A DNA stretch of 63,709 nucleotides, filler included, from Collodictyon triciliatum (GCA_043381765.1; 14 parts of 14 records of this genome joined end to end with filler, not necessarily neighbours in it); one strand, 5' to 3'. Positions 1-11,843 are shown, numbered from the whole stretch's first letter. Notes: generated by a model not told the origin, from the letters alone. Translations and numbers: made by a program.

Positions 1-1823
1 ATGGTCAAAAAGTCTTTGTTGGCATACTGGTGGATTATCTTCGTCTCTCTGGTTGAGTGGTTGTACTCTAACATTGTTCCATCTTTTGAACAGACAATAA
101 GTGTCGGGTCTGATTTTCCTTTCAAAGGCAGTATTTTTCCATACGCGTGGATATCTTGTTTGGTCCCAAGCATGAGTGCTGATGAGCACATGTCCCACCA
201 CCCTATCGTCACATCATTGACGACAAAGAATATGATTCGATTTCCCATTTTATCCTCGTAAAAAGCGATGCATGTGATAATTCCTTGGACTGAATCTGAG
301 GTGAGTAACTTTGTGTGTTGTTCCACGCCCCAGATAGAAATCGTATTACTGTTTTCGACGTACAAAACCGCAGGTTTCCCGTCTCTGGATTTCCCTAGCC
401 CAGTCACTTTAACCTCACTCCCAGTATAAATTTTTTCCTCTGCATCAGTTACGTGATTCCAAATTACATTCTCATTTGCCGTAGCAACCACCAGCAAGTC
501 ACCACCAAGATGTAGTATTGATTGAATTTTTCCCCTCCATTTTTTTTGAGCAACAAATCCAATGTTTAGGTTTTCCAAGTTGGCATCGTCCATATTGGCT
601 CCATCGAGAAACGCGTCACGTAGGGTCGCACACGTGAGGTTCGAGTTGCTCAAGTTTGCGCCTTGGAGGTTTGCACCTCTTAAATAAGCATGACTGAGAT
701 TTTGTCCAGAAAAGTCAACCCCATTCAAAGGTTCATGGATAAAGCATAGAATCGACCCTATATTACCGCCGAAAAATGACCCTGGTTTTGACTTCCTCTG
801 AATCAGCTCTTTCAAAATAGATGGGAATCTGGTGTCTTTAAAAGAAAGGTATTCAAAATTTGACAATATGTGCGTATCCAGATGATTTGTTTCGAGGAAG
901 GAACATTGGTTCGAGGTAACTAATTCCTCGTAGACCTTTTTTGCAATGATAAAATTTAACAAATTTCCTGACACGAAGCGATACCCCCCTTTACAACTCA
1001 GTAGCAAAGACATAGCCAGGATGGTATCTTTTTCGTTTTTTGCTAGCCGAGAGATGGATGAAAATTCCTTTAATTCACTCTCTGAAATGTGCCCATCAAC
1101 TTTTGTTTTTGATTGCAAGGCACATTCTAGATTGAATTCACTTATCTTTGACGCATACTCGATATCACTATTTAGCAAATTTTTGAGTTCTCTCTCATTC
1201 GAAGTCAAAAAGGCTTCGTATTCAATATATTCTTTTTCCAGTTCCCCTAAGAGCGTGTATTTTAGCAAGTTAGCCTCACCTGAAAGTAGAGGTCCTTTGA
1301 GAGGTTTTGATCCGAGAGCATACATTTTGAACACGATGCTACGACCAGCACATTTGACATTCTCCAGTTTTGATCCTGTGGTTTGGGATGCATGTTTTGG
1401 AATGCCCGTAATCGCACTCTGGCTCTCTTGTGTCTTCTCGAGTGAATATGATATAACCGGGTGCTGGGTAGTAGGTGACTGCATCCCAGACTTGTCTTTA
1501 CCTACGTTGTCGTTTGGATTGTAATTGGTTAGCTGCCCGCTTCCTGCTGATTTCTTTTGGGGGTGGGAACTGCATATCTGGTTTGAAGGCAAAGAAGACG
1601 CGCCAGAGACGGTGGGCTCCTTCGCAGCGGAACTCTGGGGCTGGGGCAAGCTTGACGTCGAAAAGGTGCTTGAGGAGGCACTGGTAGGAAACAAAGACGC
1701 AACTGTGTTTCCTTTGTATATGAGCCCTTGTCTCGGAGTTTGGATGCAATGTAAGCTTTGAAAATGCGGATGTCTGGTTGTATAGACATATTGTCTCTGG
1801 CTGCGCGGAGAATCGTGTTGCAT
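1..1823 (-). CDS. Pentapeptide-repeat + WD40-like protein with NACHT winged-helix/HD2-like remnant (runs off window edge)
   Basis: The minus frame is open from ATG at 1823 to the window edge and is absent from the ORF track because it has no stop. Hand translation gives YRFVSGNLLNFIIAKKVYEEL, then GNIGSILCFIHEPLNGVDFSGQNLSHAYLRGANLQGANLSNSNLTCATLRDAFLDGANMDDANL, then WD-like blades (NTISIWGV, VTIGWWDM, LIVCSKDGTM). Alternative ATG at 1484. Confidence 0.8.
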   Translation of the reverse strand, partial: MQHDSPRSQRQYVYTTRHPHFQSLHCIQTPRQGLIYKGNTVASLFPTSASSSTFSTSSLPQPQSSAAKEPTVSGASSLPSNQICSSHPQKKSAGSGQLTNYNPNDNVGKDKSGMQSPTTQHPVISYSLEKTQESQSAITGIPKHASQTTGSKLENVKCAGRSIVFKMYALGSKPLKGPLLSGEANLLKYTLLGELEKEYIEYEAFLTSNERELKNLLNSDIEYASKISEFNLECALQSKTKVDGHISESELKEFSSISRLAKNEKDTILAMSLLLSCKGGYRFVSGNLLNFIIAKKVYEELVTSNQCSFLETNHLDTHILSNFEYLSFKDTRFPSILKELIQRKSKPGSFFGGNIGSILCFIHEPLNGVDFSGQNLSHAYLRGANLQGANLSNSNLTCATLRDAFLDGANMDDANLENLNIGFVAQKKWRGKIQSILHLGGDLLVVATANENVIWNHVTDAEEKIYTGSEVKVTGLGKSRDGKPAVLYVENSNTISIWGVEQHTKLLTSDSVQGIITCIAFYEDKMGNRIIFFVVNDVTIGWWDMCSSALMLGTKQDIHAYGKILPLKGKSDPTLIVCSKDGTMLEYNHSTRETKIIHQYANKDFLT

Positions 1824-2679
1824 TTGTCGCCTGGGTGGTCGGTTTTTTGAGCTCAATACAGAGTATAATATGTGAAATAATTTTCCCTCTCTTTTTGCTC
1901 TTTTGCTCTTTTGCTCTTTTGCTCTTTTGCTCTTTTGCTCTTTTGCTCTTTTGCTCTTTTGCTTGTTTTCTGGGGGAGGGTTTTGTATAGTTATTTTAGT
2001 TTTCGTTGCTCAGCCTATTAGCCCGGCAAACGGATAATGTCGTCAGGGCGCCGACGAACGCAATGGCGCAGCAGGCTTCCAATATTAACAAAAGCCCGGT
2101 GGCATTCAGAGATCAGTCTCCCCGCTATGTGCTCAAATTTGGAATTTATAAATATGTGCAATTTGATACTATATTTATCACAGAATGATATTAATTATAG
2201 TATATTTTGACATAGGTATAGTGTTTTTATAAAAGATAGACTAAGCCTCTGTATGTACCATACCTTCTATCCTTCGAACAACATCCAGACAGCTATCCAA
2301 CGACCTACCGATTTGTCAAGTGGAGCAGGCGCGCGAGTGTCTGTTAAAAACAAAACGAAAGGCAGGACAAAAAACTAAAACTAAAACATAAACATAAACA
2401 TAAACAAAAACAAAAAGATATAAGAGAACAGAACAAAAAGGAAAGGAAAGGACAAAAAACAAAGGCAAAAAAAATAATCTTATTATCAATAAGGAATGAT
2501 CTTGACCAGCCTGGGCAACTTTACTTTTTCTTTAATTCCGCTTCGCCTGTCTGAGTGACCAACTCTTTATTACGCATTTTAATTTATAATTAAAAGAGTG
2601 TGCGATTTCAAAACCTGTCGTATGTTGATCCACCCATTATTTTCTGGCCTATCTGACCCCACTAAAAAAAAAAGTATAA

Positions 2680-3860
2680 GGTTTTCATTCAACAACAAAG
2701 ATGTTTTAAACTCGAATAAACGCCAGGAATCATTAAGCTTTGGTTCGGAGCAGACTGATCTTAGGCAATTACCTCAATGAGTGACTCTTCTCTGAGGTAC
2801 TTGTGTGGATCACAACCAATCTTTTGCCTATTCGATTCCATTTTGAATGTTAAATTATCTCAGGGCGAAAGTTTGCTTTTCTTCTTCTTCTTCTTCTTCT
2901 TCTTCTTCTTCTTCTTCTTCTTCTTCTTCTTCTTCTTCTTCTTCTTCTTCTTCTTCTTCTTCTTCTTCTTCTTCTTCCTTTCTGGAACGTTATAATGAGC
3001 AGGATTATTGTTATGGTGATTTCCTTCATTTTTTTCCCTCGCTCTGAGCGAAATGTTAAAACTATTTAAAACTAGTCTCGCCTTTTTTTTCTTTTCTTTC
3101 TCTTTTATCCTTCCTTCCAATCTGTAAAATTTGGAATGGGTCTTGTTTGTTTTTGTTTTTGTTTTTGTTTTCGTTTTTTTTTTTTACTTAAGCATATTTA
3201 AACCAGGAACGAGGCTCTTGCAAACGATTCTATTATAGCAAATGAATCCGAGAGCCCAACCCATCCCATTGGCTCTCACGAGAATAGTCGAATAGTATGT
3301 CGTCTGCAGTCTCTTGGAATGAACGATGACTATCATTATAATCATAATAACTTTTCCTTTATTAAATGCACGTGTTCACCCCCCATTATCATGGATATTG
3401 AAAATAAACTACATCCTTTTCTTAAATGTCTTCATTCTTCGCGAAAAAAAAAAACGTTCTTGCGTGGTTTGGAATTAAGACAGATGAATCATTCGGCTCT
3501 AAAGACGCCTCATCGCATACTTTCTCATCGGTCTTGTCCCCGATCGATAAGGGAAAAGGGAGAAATGTATCTATACGAACAAGAAACAGGTGATCTCTAA
3601 GAAAAACAATATAAATATGAACACAGCTTAACAACTTCTTTTTTCTTTTTACCTTAACAGTTTCCTCACCTTTAAACGGTGTTCTTGCGATGCCTGTGCA
3701 CCGCCATTAGACATTTTATCAACATAGGTCTTGATTTTTAAAATAGCCTCATGTAACACAGAGACAATCCTTATACCGTTGTGGCCTCGCCAATACACGA
3801 CAGAGTCTCTGGAAGCAGATTTCATCCTACTTCCCAAACACAGGGATCTGGCCCCGTACC
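2680..3860 (+). other. Possible exon fragments of a Ser-rich hypothetical gene or pseudogene
   Basis: Several AG..GT-bounded segments (about 2682-2796, 3207-3294, 3484-3589) have low-complexity coding-like content. Frames could not be joined cleanly. Confidence 0.25.
2880..2976. repeat. (TTC)n microsatellite
   Basis: Perfect trinucleotide run. Confidence 0.97.
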
Positions 3861-4127
3861 AGGCACTTTTTTTTTTTTGAATAAATGATCATTCTTATAT
3901 TTCTTTTGATTAAGAGTATTTGTAACCGATTCATATTCAACAAAAGAATCTGGTCATGAAACACGAGATGAAATACTATATAAGTTATTTTCGAATCCAA
4001 CTATCAACGCATCGTTCACAGAGTCAATACGGTATTCAATCATTTTTCTATGAAGTATTTCCCATAGAGGGTACAATCTCTATATTTAATTCATTCTTTT
4101 ATTCCCCGAACTCGTTTTTTTTATCTT

Positions 4128-4180
4128 GTGTGTGATGTGTGATGTGTGATGTGTGATGTGTGATGTGTGTGATGTGTGTG

Positions 4181-4223
<43 letters not shown>
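4128..4223. repeat. (GTGTGAT)n/(GT)n microsatellite at contig end
   Basis: Direct reading. Confidence 0.95.
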
Positions 4224-4323
4224 NNNNNNNNNNNNNNNNNNNNNNNNNNNNNNNNNNNNNNNNNNNNTTAATTAATTAANNNNNNNNNNNNNNNNNNNNN
4301 NNNNNNNNNNNNNNNNNNNNNNN
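4224..4323. other. Artificial contig linker N44-TTAATTAATTAA-N44; also at 8544, 12864, 17183, 21502, 25820, 30138, 34454, 38769, 43083, 47397, 51711, 59400
   Basis: The identical 100-bp spacer occurs 13 times, and its 12-mer gives stops in all six frames. Confidence 0.98.
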
Positions 4324-4699
4324 CGCAGTGGAAGGGGAGCCTCTTGTGGAGTCTTTGGGGTAGGCGTGGGTTTTGCCAGGGTTGGTGTGTGCGCTGACTC
4401 TGGAATCGGCGCGAGTTGTGGTGTGGCTTCGCCTTTGTTGTGGGGCAAAGCGCTCGGCCGTCTCCCTGCGGGGGTACGCAAGGCCCAGGCCGCTCGACAG
4501 GTCGGATGCCAGCAGCACAACGCCCTCCGTGGCGCACTCGTGGATGCGGTGGACCACATTCTCGTCGTCAAAGTGAGGCACTTCGCTCTTGTGGGTTTCG
4601 CTTGCGCTCGCCGTGCTTGAGCTTGAGTAGGTTGCCATCGGTGTGATTTTTATGCAAAACCAAAGGGGATATGCAATACCCTTTCGTGTAGGCGCTGAT

Positions 4700-5358
4700 T
4701 GGTAATGATGAAACAAGTGGAAGCAATCAGTAATAGCGAGCTGGTCAGGTGGGCGACCCAACTGGTTGATTGGTTGCGTGGGTAACAGGGGTTGGATATG
4801 CTGTGGGAGATATCGCACGACACATTCCCACATCTTTCTTCGCTTGCGGTCAGAGTAGCGAAGAATGCGGGCGTGTTTCAGCAGGTTGTTCAGGAAGCTG
4901 TATTGCACGAGGCTCTCAAGCCTGGATACATCGATTTCTCGTTCGGGTGAATCATTAGAGCGAGAGAATGCCCAGTGGGGAAAATTGGCTTTGGTAGGCC
5001 AGCCATCGTTTGCATGGACGCTACTTGGTGGCCGGATGGCGGGGAAGTAGTCAGTAACCAGGAATTGCATCCTGCGGTTTGGCCTGTAGCCTGGGTCTTG
5101 TGCTTGCATGAGAGAGACAAGGCGAGGTTGAATCTCTTTCTCGGTTTCCTTCCACATATCTCCTCTCACAGGGTCTGAGTAGTGGAGAACGTGCAGGTGG
5201 CGAAGGAAGCTGTTGAGGAAAGAGATTTGTATGATGTCATCCAAGTTCTCTTCGATTATTTGCCTACGACCTTCCGCGTTTTTAGAGGTGTTGTGTGTCC
5301 GTTCGCATGAATGGAGAACTCCAGATTTATTCAATGCTTTGCTATGCCAGGGCTTCAA
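4700..5358 (-). mobile_element. Two tandem 3'-terminal ORF2 fragments of L1/Tx1-like LINEs
   Basis: AFSRSNDSPEREIDVSRLESLVQYSFLN matches 34360-34453 (+). RILRYSDRK..MWECVV..LLPTQPINQLGRPPDQL matches 31250-31484 (-). A diverged copy of the same block precedes it. Confidence 0.7.
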
Positions 5359-6220
5359 TTACGGGCGAGTTATTATCAAGTAAATAAATATTGAGGTATT
5401 TTGCATTATTTTGTATAAAATTGGGATTTCATGATTAAAAATACTACAATTTGTAATATTGTATTATTTTCCATATTTGTATAAATTTGGATGCGACTCG
5501 AAACCTCCATAATTTCTTTGAATTTGAGCGAAAGAGTTGAAACTGCAGAACTTTCTATTCAATGAAAGTAAGCCAAATACGAAGAAAAGTTCCTGGCCAA
5601 TCTGATTTTTTTTCGGCGGTTCTGGTCAAATTCAGAACTATTGAAAGAAAAACAGGCGGATGTTCAGTTGTGCTTATGATGGAATATTGCAAGCTTTTGA
5701 CATTTGGCTCATTATAGCCCCCCATCAAGTTGTCTGTTATTTTTTACTACATCGTAGCGCCTGGTAGTGTCGCAATATTATTGGTTCGCTGGCTGCGTCA
5801 TGGAAATTTGTTCTTGATGTGCCCAATACAAGTAACAGATAATTGTGATAGAATTCTATACATCTGCATAATGTGAGGACAATTGTCATGGGCGACTAGA
5901 ATTGATAAAAGTTAAATAATAATATATTCCGCTTTAGTACATATCCGTTGTCCTACTGGCTTGCAACCGATACAGGCTTCGACAAAAAAGATGTCAGCTC
6001 CTCACAAACAATCAAGCCCACAAGAAAACGGACAAACACATAACAACCTCCAAAGATGAGTGCGCAGAGCACCATATTTTTTCCTTTCGTTCTTTATTCT
6101 GTTGTTGGGGTAGGGATTCGGTGGATGCGAAAAGAGGTGGCGGGGAAGGCTCAAAAGCCGAACTGCGCAAAGGGACTAGCGCCCCAGGGCACGGAGGAGA
6201 GCGGATGGGAAGAAGAGTGG

Positions 6221-8079
6221 TTATGAGGACCTTGCTTCCTCGATGAACTTAAGAATGACCTTGGCCTGGAACTTGGTCATGCTGAAGGGAGCAGACATGA
6301 GGTCTTTCTCACCCAATTGCACAAAATCTTCACCAGTCGCCTCATGGTCTAAAACCGCAGATACAAAGTCAGGGTGTGCGCTCTTACCTTTGAGATAGGC
6401 AACGAGTTCTGGGTTTGTCATATCCTTGACAGATTTCCCCTTTTCGCCGATGGCAGGGCCTGGGTTTGCCTTGATGTCGGCCAGCCTGGGCTCCAGGTCG
6501 GTCGCAAAGGGTCGGGCACGCGGCTCGAAGATCCAGCACTGGTTCAGCAGGGTGGCCAGCTTGGCAGGCATAACAGGGGGAATCGGTGGGAGCTCGCGCC
6601 TGCACTTCCTTGCTGAGGTCTCAAAGAGCGTCATCCCGTCGTACGGACGTTTGCCCTCAGCCATGGCCCAGACGACGAGGCCGAAGGTGTACATGTCGCT
6701 CTGAGGTCCATAGCCCTTGCCGTCAAAGTACTCCGGGGCGATGTAGTGAAAGGTACCTTGGTAGCCGGTTGTGCGGGAGATGGTTTCGCGGGCCGTGGAG
6801 ATGCCGAAGTCGCAGATCTTCGCAACGCCACGACAGAGGAGGACGTTCTCGGGCTTGAGGTCGCGGTGCTCCACGGGCGGGGTACGTGTGTGCAGATATT
6901 TTAGGCCGGCGTTGATGTCGGCTGAGTACTGGATGTAGTCTGCGAAGGGCAGCGCCTTGCGCGAGGCCTCAATGACGTCCCAGACGCTGCGGCCGTCGGC
7001 ATACTCCATGACGTAGAAGACCGTCTGACTCTTGCAACCGTAGGCGAAGAGGCCGATGACGTTTGCGTGGGAGAGCCCCACCATCAGCTTTGCCTCGCGT
7101 GTCAGCTCCTCGTACTCAGCCGTCCCTGGCTGCGCCTTCTTCTTGAGCACCTTGACTGCCACCGTGCCTCTGCGCAGCTGCACCTTGTACGCCGTCCCGA
7201 AGCCGCCTTCTCCGAGAACCTCCTGCCTGGTGAGGTCGACTCCCATCACGTCCGCGTAGTCTCCAACCACCGGGGCGCTGTCGGGGTCTGCCGCTGGAGT
7301 TGGCCTCGCTGGGGCGGCGTAGATGCCCGACTGGATGTTGGGGCTCGCTGCAACCTGTGTTGGTGGAGGGTTTGTGTCAGGTAAGTCTGTTAGCTTTTCT
7401 AGCTTCAACTGCGGTATCGAACTAGGGTTATGTTAGTTGTGTCCTGTGTTGTGTATGTGGGGGTTGGGGGTGGTTGTGTGCTTACGGGGTCGTATAGCTG
7501 CAGGTTTCGGAGCCCCTGGCCAGCAGTCATACCGCCCCAAGAGTCTGTGTTGTTCCAGCAGGGGAGATTTGAGATGCCACGCGGGGCTCTCTTTATGTTT
7601 ATAACACCGTTGCCGTCATTGATGCGGAGTTTTTTCAGTTTTGTGAGTGCTGTGATCTGTGCTGGAAGCTCCTCCATCTGTGTGTATAGTTGTCAGTCAT
7701 TATCTTTTAAACATAATAGTAATAATATAATATATGAATAAAAACATACCGGATTGTTATAAACATAAAGTTCTATAAGACCAGTCAAACACGATATTTG
7801 TGCAGGTAGTGATGACAGCTCATTGTTATAAACATTAAGTTCTGTGAGACCAGTCAAACACGATATTTGTGCAGGTAGTGATGACAGCTGGTTGTCATAA
7901 AGTCGCAATGCTTTCAGACCAGTCAACAAAAAAACACCAGGTGGCACAGATGACAGATTCTCGTGACTGAGATTCAGATATGTGGAGCTTTTAAGGGCGG
8001 CAATATCAGGATCCCCAGAGAGTTTCCGGACTTCTTCCAAAAGCGCATCCACTTGGGCAGGTGTGAGATAGTCGGACAT
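6221..8079 (-). CDS. LRR - TKL-group protein kinase - SAM domain protein (3 exons: 8079-7750, 7677-7486, 7354 or 7408-6221)
   Basis: LRRs (LYDNQLSSLPAQISCLTGL) and phase-0 GT-AG introns. Kinase motifs GEGGFG, VAVK, HRDLKPEN, DFG, GTFHYIAPE. C-terminal SAM-like VKDMTNPELVAYL..ATGEDFVQLGEKDL. Confidence 0.9.
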
Positions 8080-8802
8080 CAGGACAGATTCTGTATATAT
8101 GGGTAGACTGGCTGGGTGTCAATACAACACACATCATTTATTTGTTTTATAAGTGAACTTCGCAATCACACAGGACAGAATTACTCGAGTCAGGATGGTG
8201 GGGTTGTACACACGGAGATCGGAAAGTACTTTGTGAATAAAAAAAAAAGAGAAAAGCTAGGATTTCGACAGGACGACATTAAATATCCCGCAAAGGCCGG
8301 CGAATTTTTCAGAGAAGACGACTTGTGCAGAACTTGTGTGCTTGTGCTTCGTTGGAAATTCACCGGTTCGGGGTTGGCCACAGACAAAGTTGACCTCTTG
8401 CATCGAAAGTCTTGGGAATAGCCGGGTGCATGTCGCGTGCGTCACCGGGCGTCACCAAAGACCTGGGAATTGCCATATGGTTGGGAATACTGGGGGTGGC
8501 CACATGAGTCGCGTTGGTGCGGAGGAGTTGCCGCATGTTGGTGNNNNNNNNNNNNNNNNNNNNNNNNNNNNNNNNNNNNNNNNNNNNTTAATTAATTAAN
8601 NNNNNNNNNNNNNNNNNNNNNNNNNNNNNNNNNNNNNNNNNNNAAACAAACAAACAAACAAACAAACAAACAAACAAACAAACAAACAAACAAACAAACA
8701 AACAAACAAACAAACAAACAAACAAACAAACAAACAAAGAATACCCCGTCATGTAAATTTTAATTCTCGGTAAATTCATGTTGTGTTGTAAAGGTAAAGT
8801 CA

Positions 8803-11735
8803 CCGCAAATAATAGAGCTATTTCTCCAAAGTAGCTTCCTTCCTTCAATCGGGCAAATATTGTCTTTCCATCGCCTGTGATATAAGATTTTTGAAGAAAA
8901 ATATGTGTAGCATTCAATTATCAGACACGAATAACCTAGTTTTTCAATCTAGTATCTCTATATATTTTTATAAAAGTCCTTGACATACATATCGAATGTA
9001 CTTGATTAAAATACGATTACTGACCTGAAACCACCTCGACCTCTCCTCGACTGAGGAAGTACATTTCTCTGCCAATTTCCCCATGGCGTATAATATAATC
9101 TCCTGCCAAGGCAACCTACATAATTCAACAAGTAATAAAAGGGTTAATATAACTGTGGATGATTTTCTCAAAGCGAGCTGAATCTGATGGGTCTTTGTTT
9201 AAGAAAAAAAATTATATGACCAGTGCCTACCTGTGGCTTTAGCATTACTACCAACGAGTTTATGAACCCTGGTTCGTTTGTGCCTTTGAAAAGAGGTACA
9301 TTCTCGACTAGCTAAATATTAAAAGTGATTCATTTGATATGCTTTCGAATTTGCAACCCCCATTTATGCTTTTGTTTTGTTTTGATTTCTGCATTTGCAG
9401 AAACATTCAAGAGGGATATTATGGGAATTTTTCATTTATTTGATTCAAAATAAGAGGGATATAGAAAGTAATATGGGTAGAACCTCTCTATTTAGATAGA
9501 GTGCAATCTCTGACCGCAGTGATGACGGCAATTCATTTAGAATTGTGCTCTCGTCGATACCTAGCATAAAAATAAAATAAAAGGGTTCATACAAAGCCAA
9601 ATCATCCACAATCTGACACAAATTAAAGGGAATAGTAAAAAAAAATCAAAGGATTCACAAGATATTAGATTATAACATATAATTATAAAGATTGATTTTT
9701 AACCTTGCATATATTTTTATTACCTTTGTGGCGCGACCATATAACTTCATGGTAGCTGAGTACTCTATCTCTCAAGTATTGAGGAAGGCAGCGGTATCGC
9801 ATATATTCATGAAGGTTATCAAGCTTTTCCCTATATCTAGCGGCACTGGCGTCCAGCTGGGTAATGAGGGTAGCTGTATTGAATAAAAGTAAGTACATGT
9901 CGAATTCAATCAGCCAGCCATTAGGCACATTCAGATTTATCATATCTGAGGTGATATACCAATCGCAACTTAATATTTGCAAAGGAAAGAAAATGAAACA
10001 CCAACCCATATTCCCGAAAATTGTGGCATAAATAGTGACTCCTGCTATCATCGTCATGATAGTAAATCCTTTCTCGATGTTTGATACGGGAACAATATCA
10101 CCAAAACCAACCTATTCGTTTCAAGTGAATACTTCAATTTTTTATAAATGTAAATATCATACGATATTTCTTTTAGACTGAGATATGTGATGAAAGATAA
10201 CCGTGGTCATGACAACTAGCGCCCAATACGCAGAAGTGATATACTGTGTGAATGTGTCCTGATCTTCGAGATGTGCGACCCGAGCCCATGTATTCTTCAT
10301 GCATGGTTAAAATGTAAATAATGTGGAAGCATTACAAATGCCAAAAAGAAAAATTTAAAAAGGACTTTGTATTTCTCATATGAGTAGAAACCTCAGCATA
10401 TCCTTCCAACTTTGCAATTAAGAACCAAACACAACCGAACCAATGCGCAAACAAAATCATGACAAAGAACAGCCTAATTACTCTGATAATTGGAGAACCA
10501 AACCCCTTTTCCAAAGCGGAAAAAAGAGATGATAATTGAACTACTCTAGAAGTTTATATGTCGTGGTTATATTAATAAGAAAAATTCAAATTACTCATAC
10601 TATCGCGTAACGAATATAATGCTATCGAATGAATGATTGATACACAGAAATATATCTGACCTAATTATACGGTTCAAGCGACACCAGGGCAATGAATGTA
10701 TTCCATATTTCTATTGTATTTTAAGATAGCTTGATAAGTAGTATATTTCACCATTTCAATTTAAAAATTGATGTTTTGTTGTTGAAATATGGGTATACCA
10801 AAGCCAGGAAATCAAAGGGTAAAGACGCTACGAAGTGCAAAAGGAAGCCATCTTTGAGGTATTTTTTGGCTATTAGCCGACGATTTGTAATCATTTTTCC
10901 AGTACCATCCTGACAGGAACGTATAAAAAGTGTATGAGTATGCGCTGACCACCATTTGTAGTCAAGTTTTCTTCTTTTTTTTTTTTAAAAAAAAAAAAAG
11001 AGAGAGAGAATTACATATCATCTCAAGCGCAAATATACATGATGGGATGAAAAGAAACCTCTGTGTATGCAGTGACAAAATTTAAACAAATATCAGCAAT
11101 GTATACTGTATCCATAAAATAATCTAAGAAGAGCCAGAATGGCATGTAATCCCAATCAAATCCCCAAACTGATCGGAGAGGTATGATTGTACATTCAAAA
11201 ATGATGCTGAATGCCAGCAACAAGTTTAAAATTTTCCTCCATCTTGATGCTAATGACATAAATGATACCCATTAGGTAACTTACATACGCAATAGTTCGT
11301 ATTTATGAATGTGTGAGTTTTAAAAATGATTGTATTGCTGTTATGTAAATCAGAAGAATAATACGCATTCGATATACATATGTTGAGCGTTACTGGGTGA
11401 TATGGAAAAAGTTATGCACTCCGATCCAGACAATAACACTATGCCCCATCTAGGAATAATTTGGTGAAATTTTTTTATTTCCCTATTATTATATACTACT
11501 TGTTAAGATTTTGAAAGAATTTGAGCAAACTTTTCCGACAAAAAGTCGACTATGGATATAATCTTCTCGGCGACAGCTTCGGCCAAAGTCGGGGGTGTTG
11601 GCTGGATGATGGGCATTTCATCCAAATAAAGCACACTTCTTCCTCTATTCATATTTCTCTCTGACCACGAGACATGTGTGCCCTTTAAGCTTTGCTTAGC
11701 AGCCCAGTTAGATCCTTTTGTGCTTGATATCACTA
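8803..11735 (-). CDS. Cyclic-nucleotide-binding-domain voltage-gated K+ channel (EAG/ERG/CNG superfamily), partial, multi-exon
   Basis: Spliced segments give S1-S6 (LDYFMDTVYIADICLNF, RLNRIIR, FAHWFGCVWF), pore YWALVVMTT|VGFGDIVP, C-linker (EYMRYRCLPQYLRDRV, LNELPSSLRSEI) and CNBD (GEIGREMYF, GSYFGEIALL). Confidence 0.93.
9409..9462 (-). mobile_element. Diverged short retro-insertion (TTTGAATCAAATAAATGAAAAA) with AAGAGGGATAT direct repeats, intronic
   Basis: 11-bp direct repeats at 9409-9419 and 9452-9462 flank a 2-mismatch copy of the GAATCGAATAAAGG(A)n motif. Confidence 0.55.
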
Positions 11736-11843
11736 TGACAGAAAACAAAGAAAATATGTGCAAAAGAGGAGGGAAGAGGAAGAAGAAAAGAAAAGAAAAG
11801 AAAGGAAAAGAAAAGTTAATGAAGGTTATCGGTTTTTTTCTTT

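Noticed and set aside
946-1524. 192-aa + strand ORF
   Set aside because: Antisense shadow of the long minus-strand pentapeptide-WD40 frame.
4268-4279. TTAATTAATTAA as a regulatory site or regularly spaced repeat
   Set aside because: Always embedded in N44 flanks, so it is an artificial linker.
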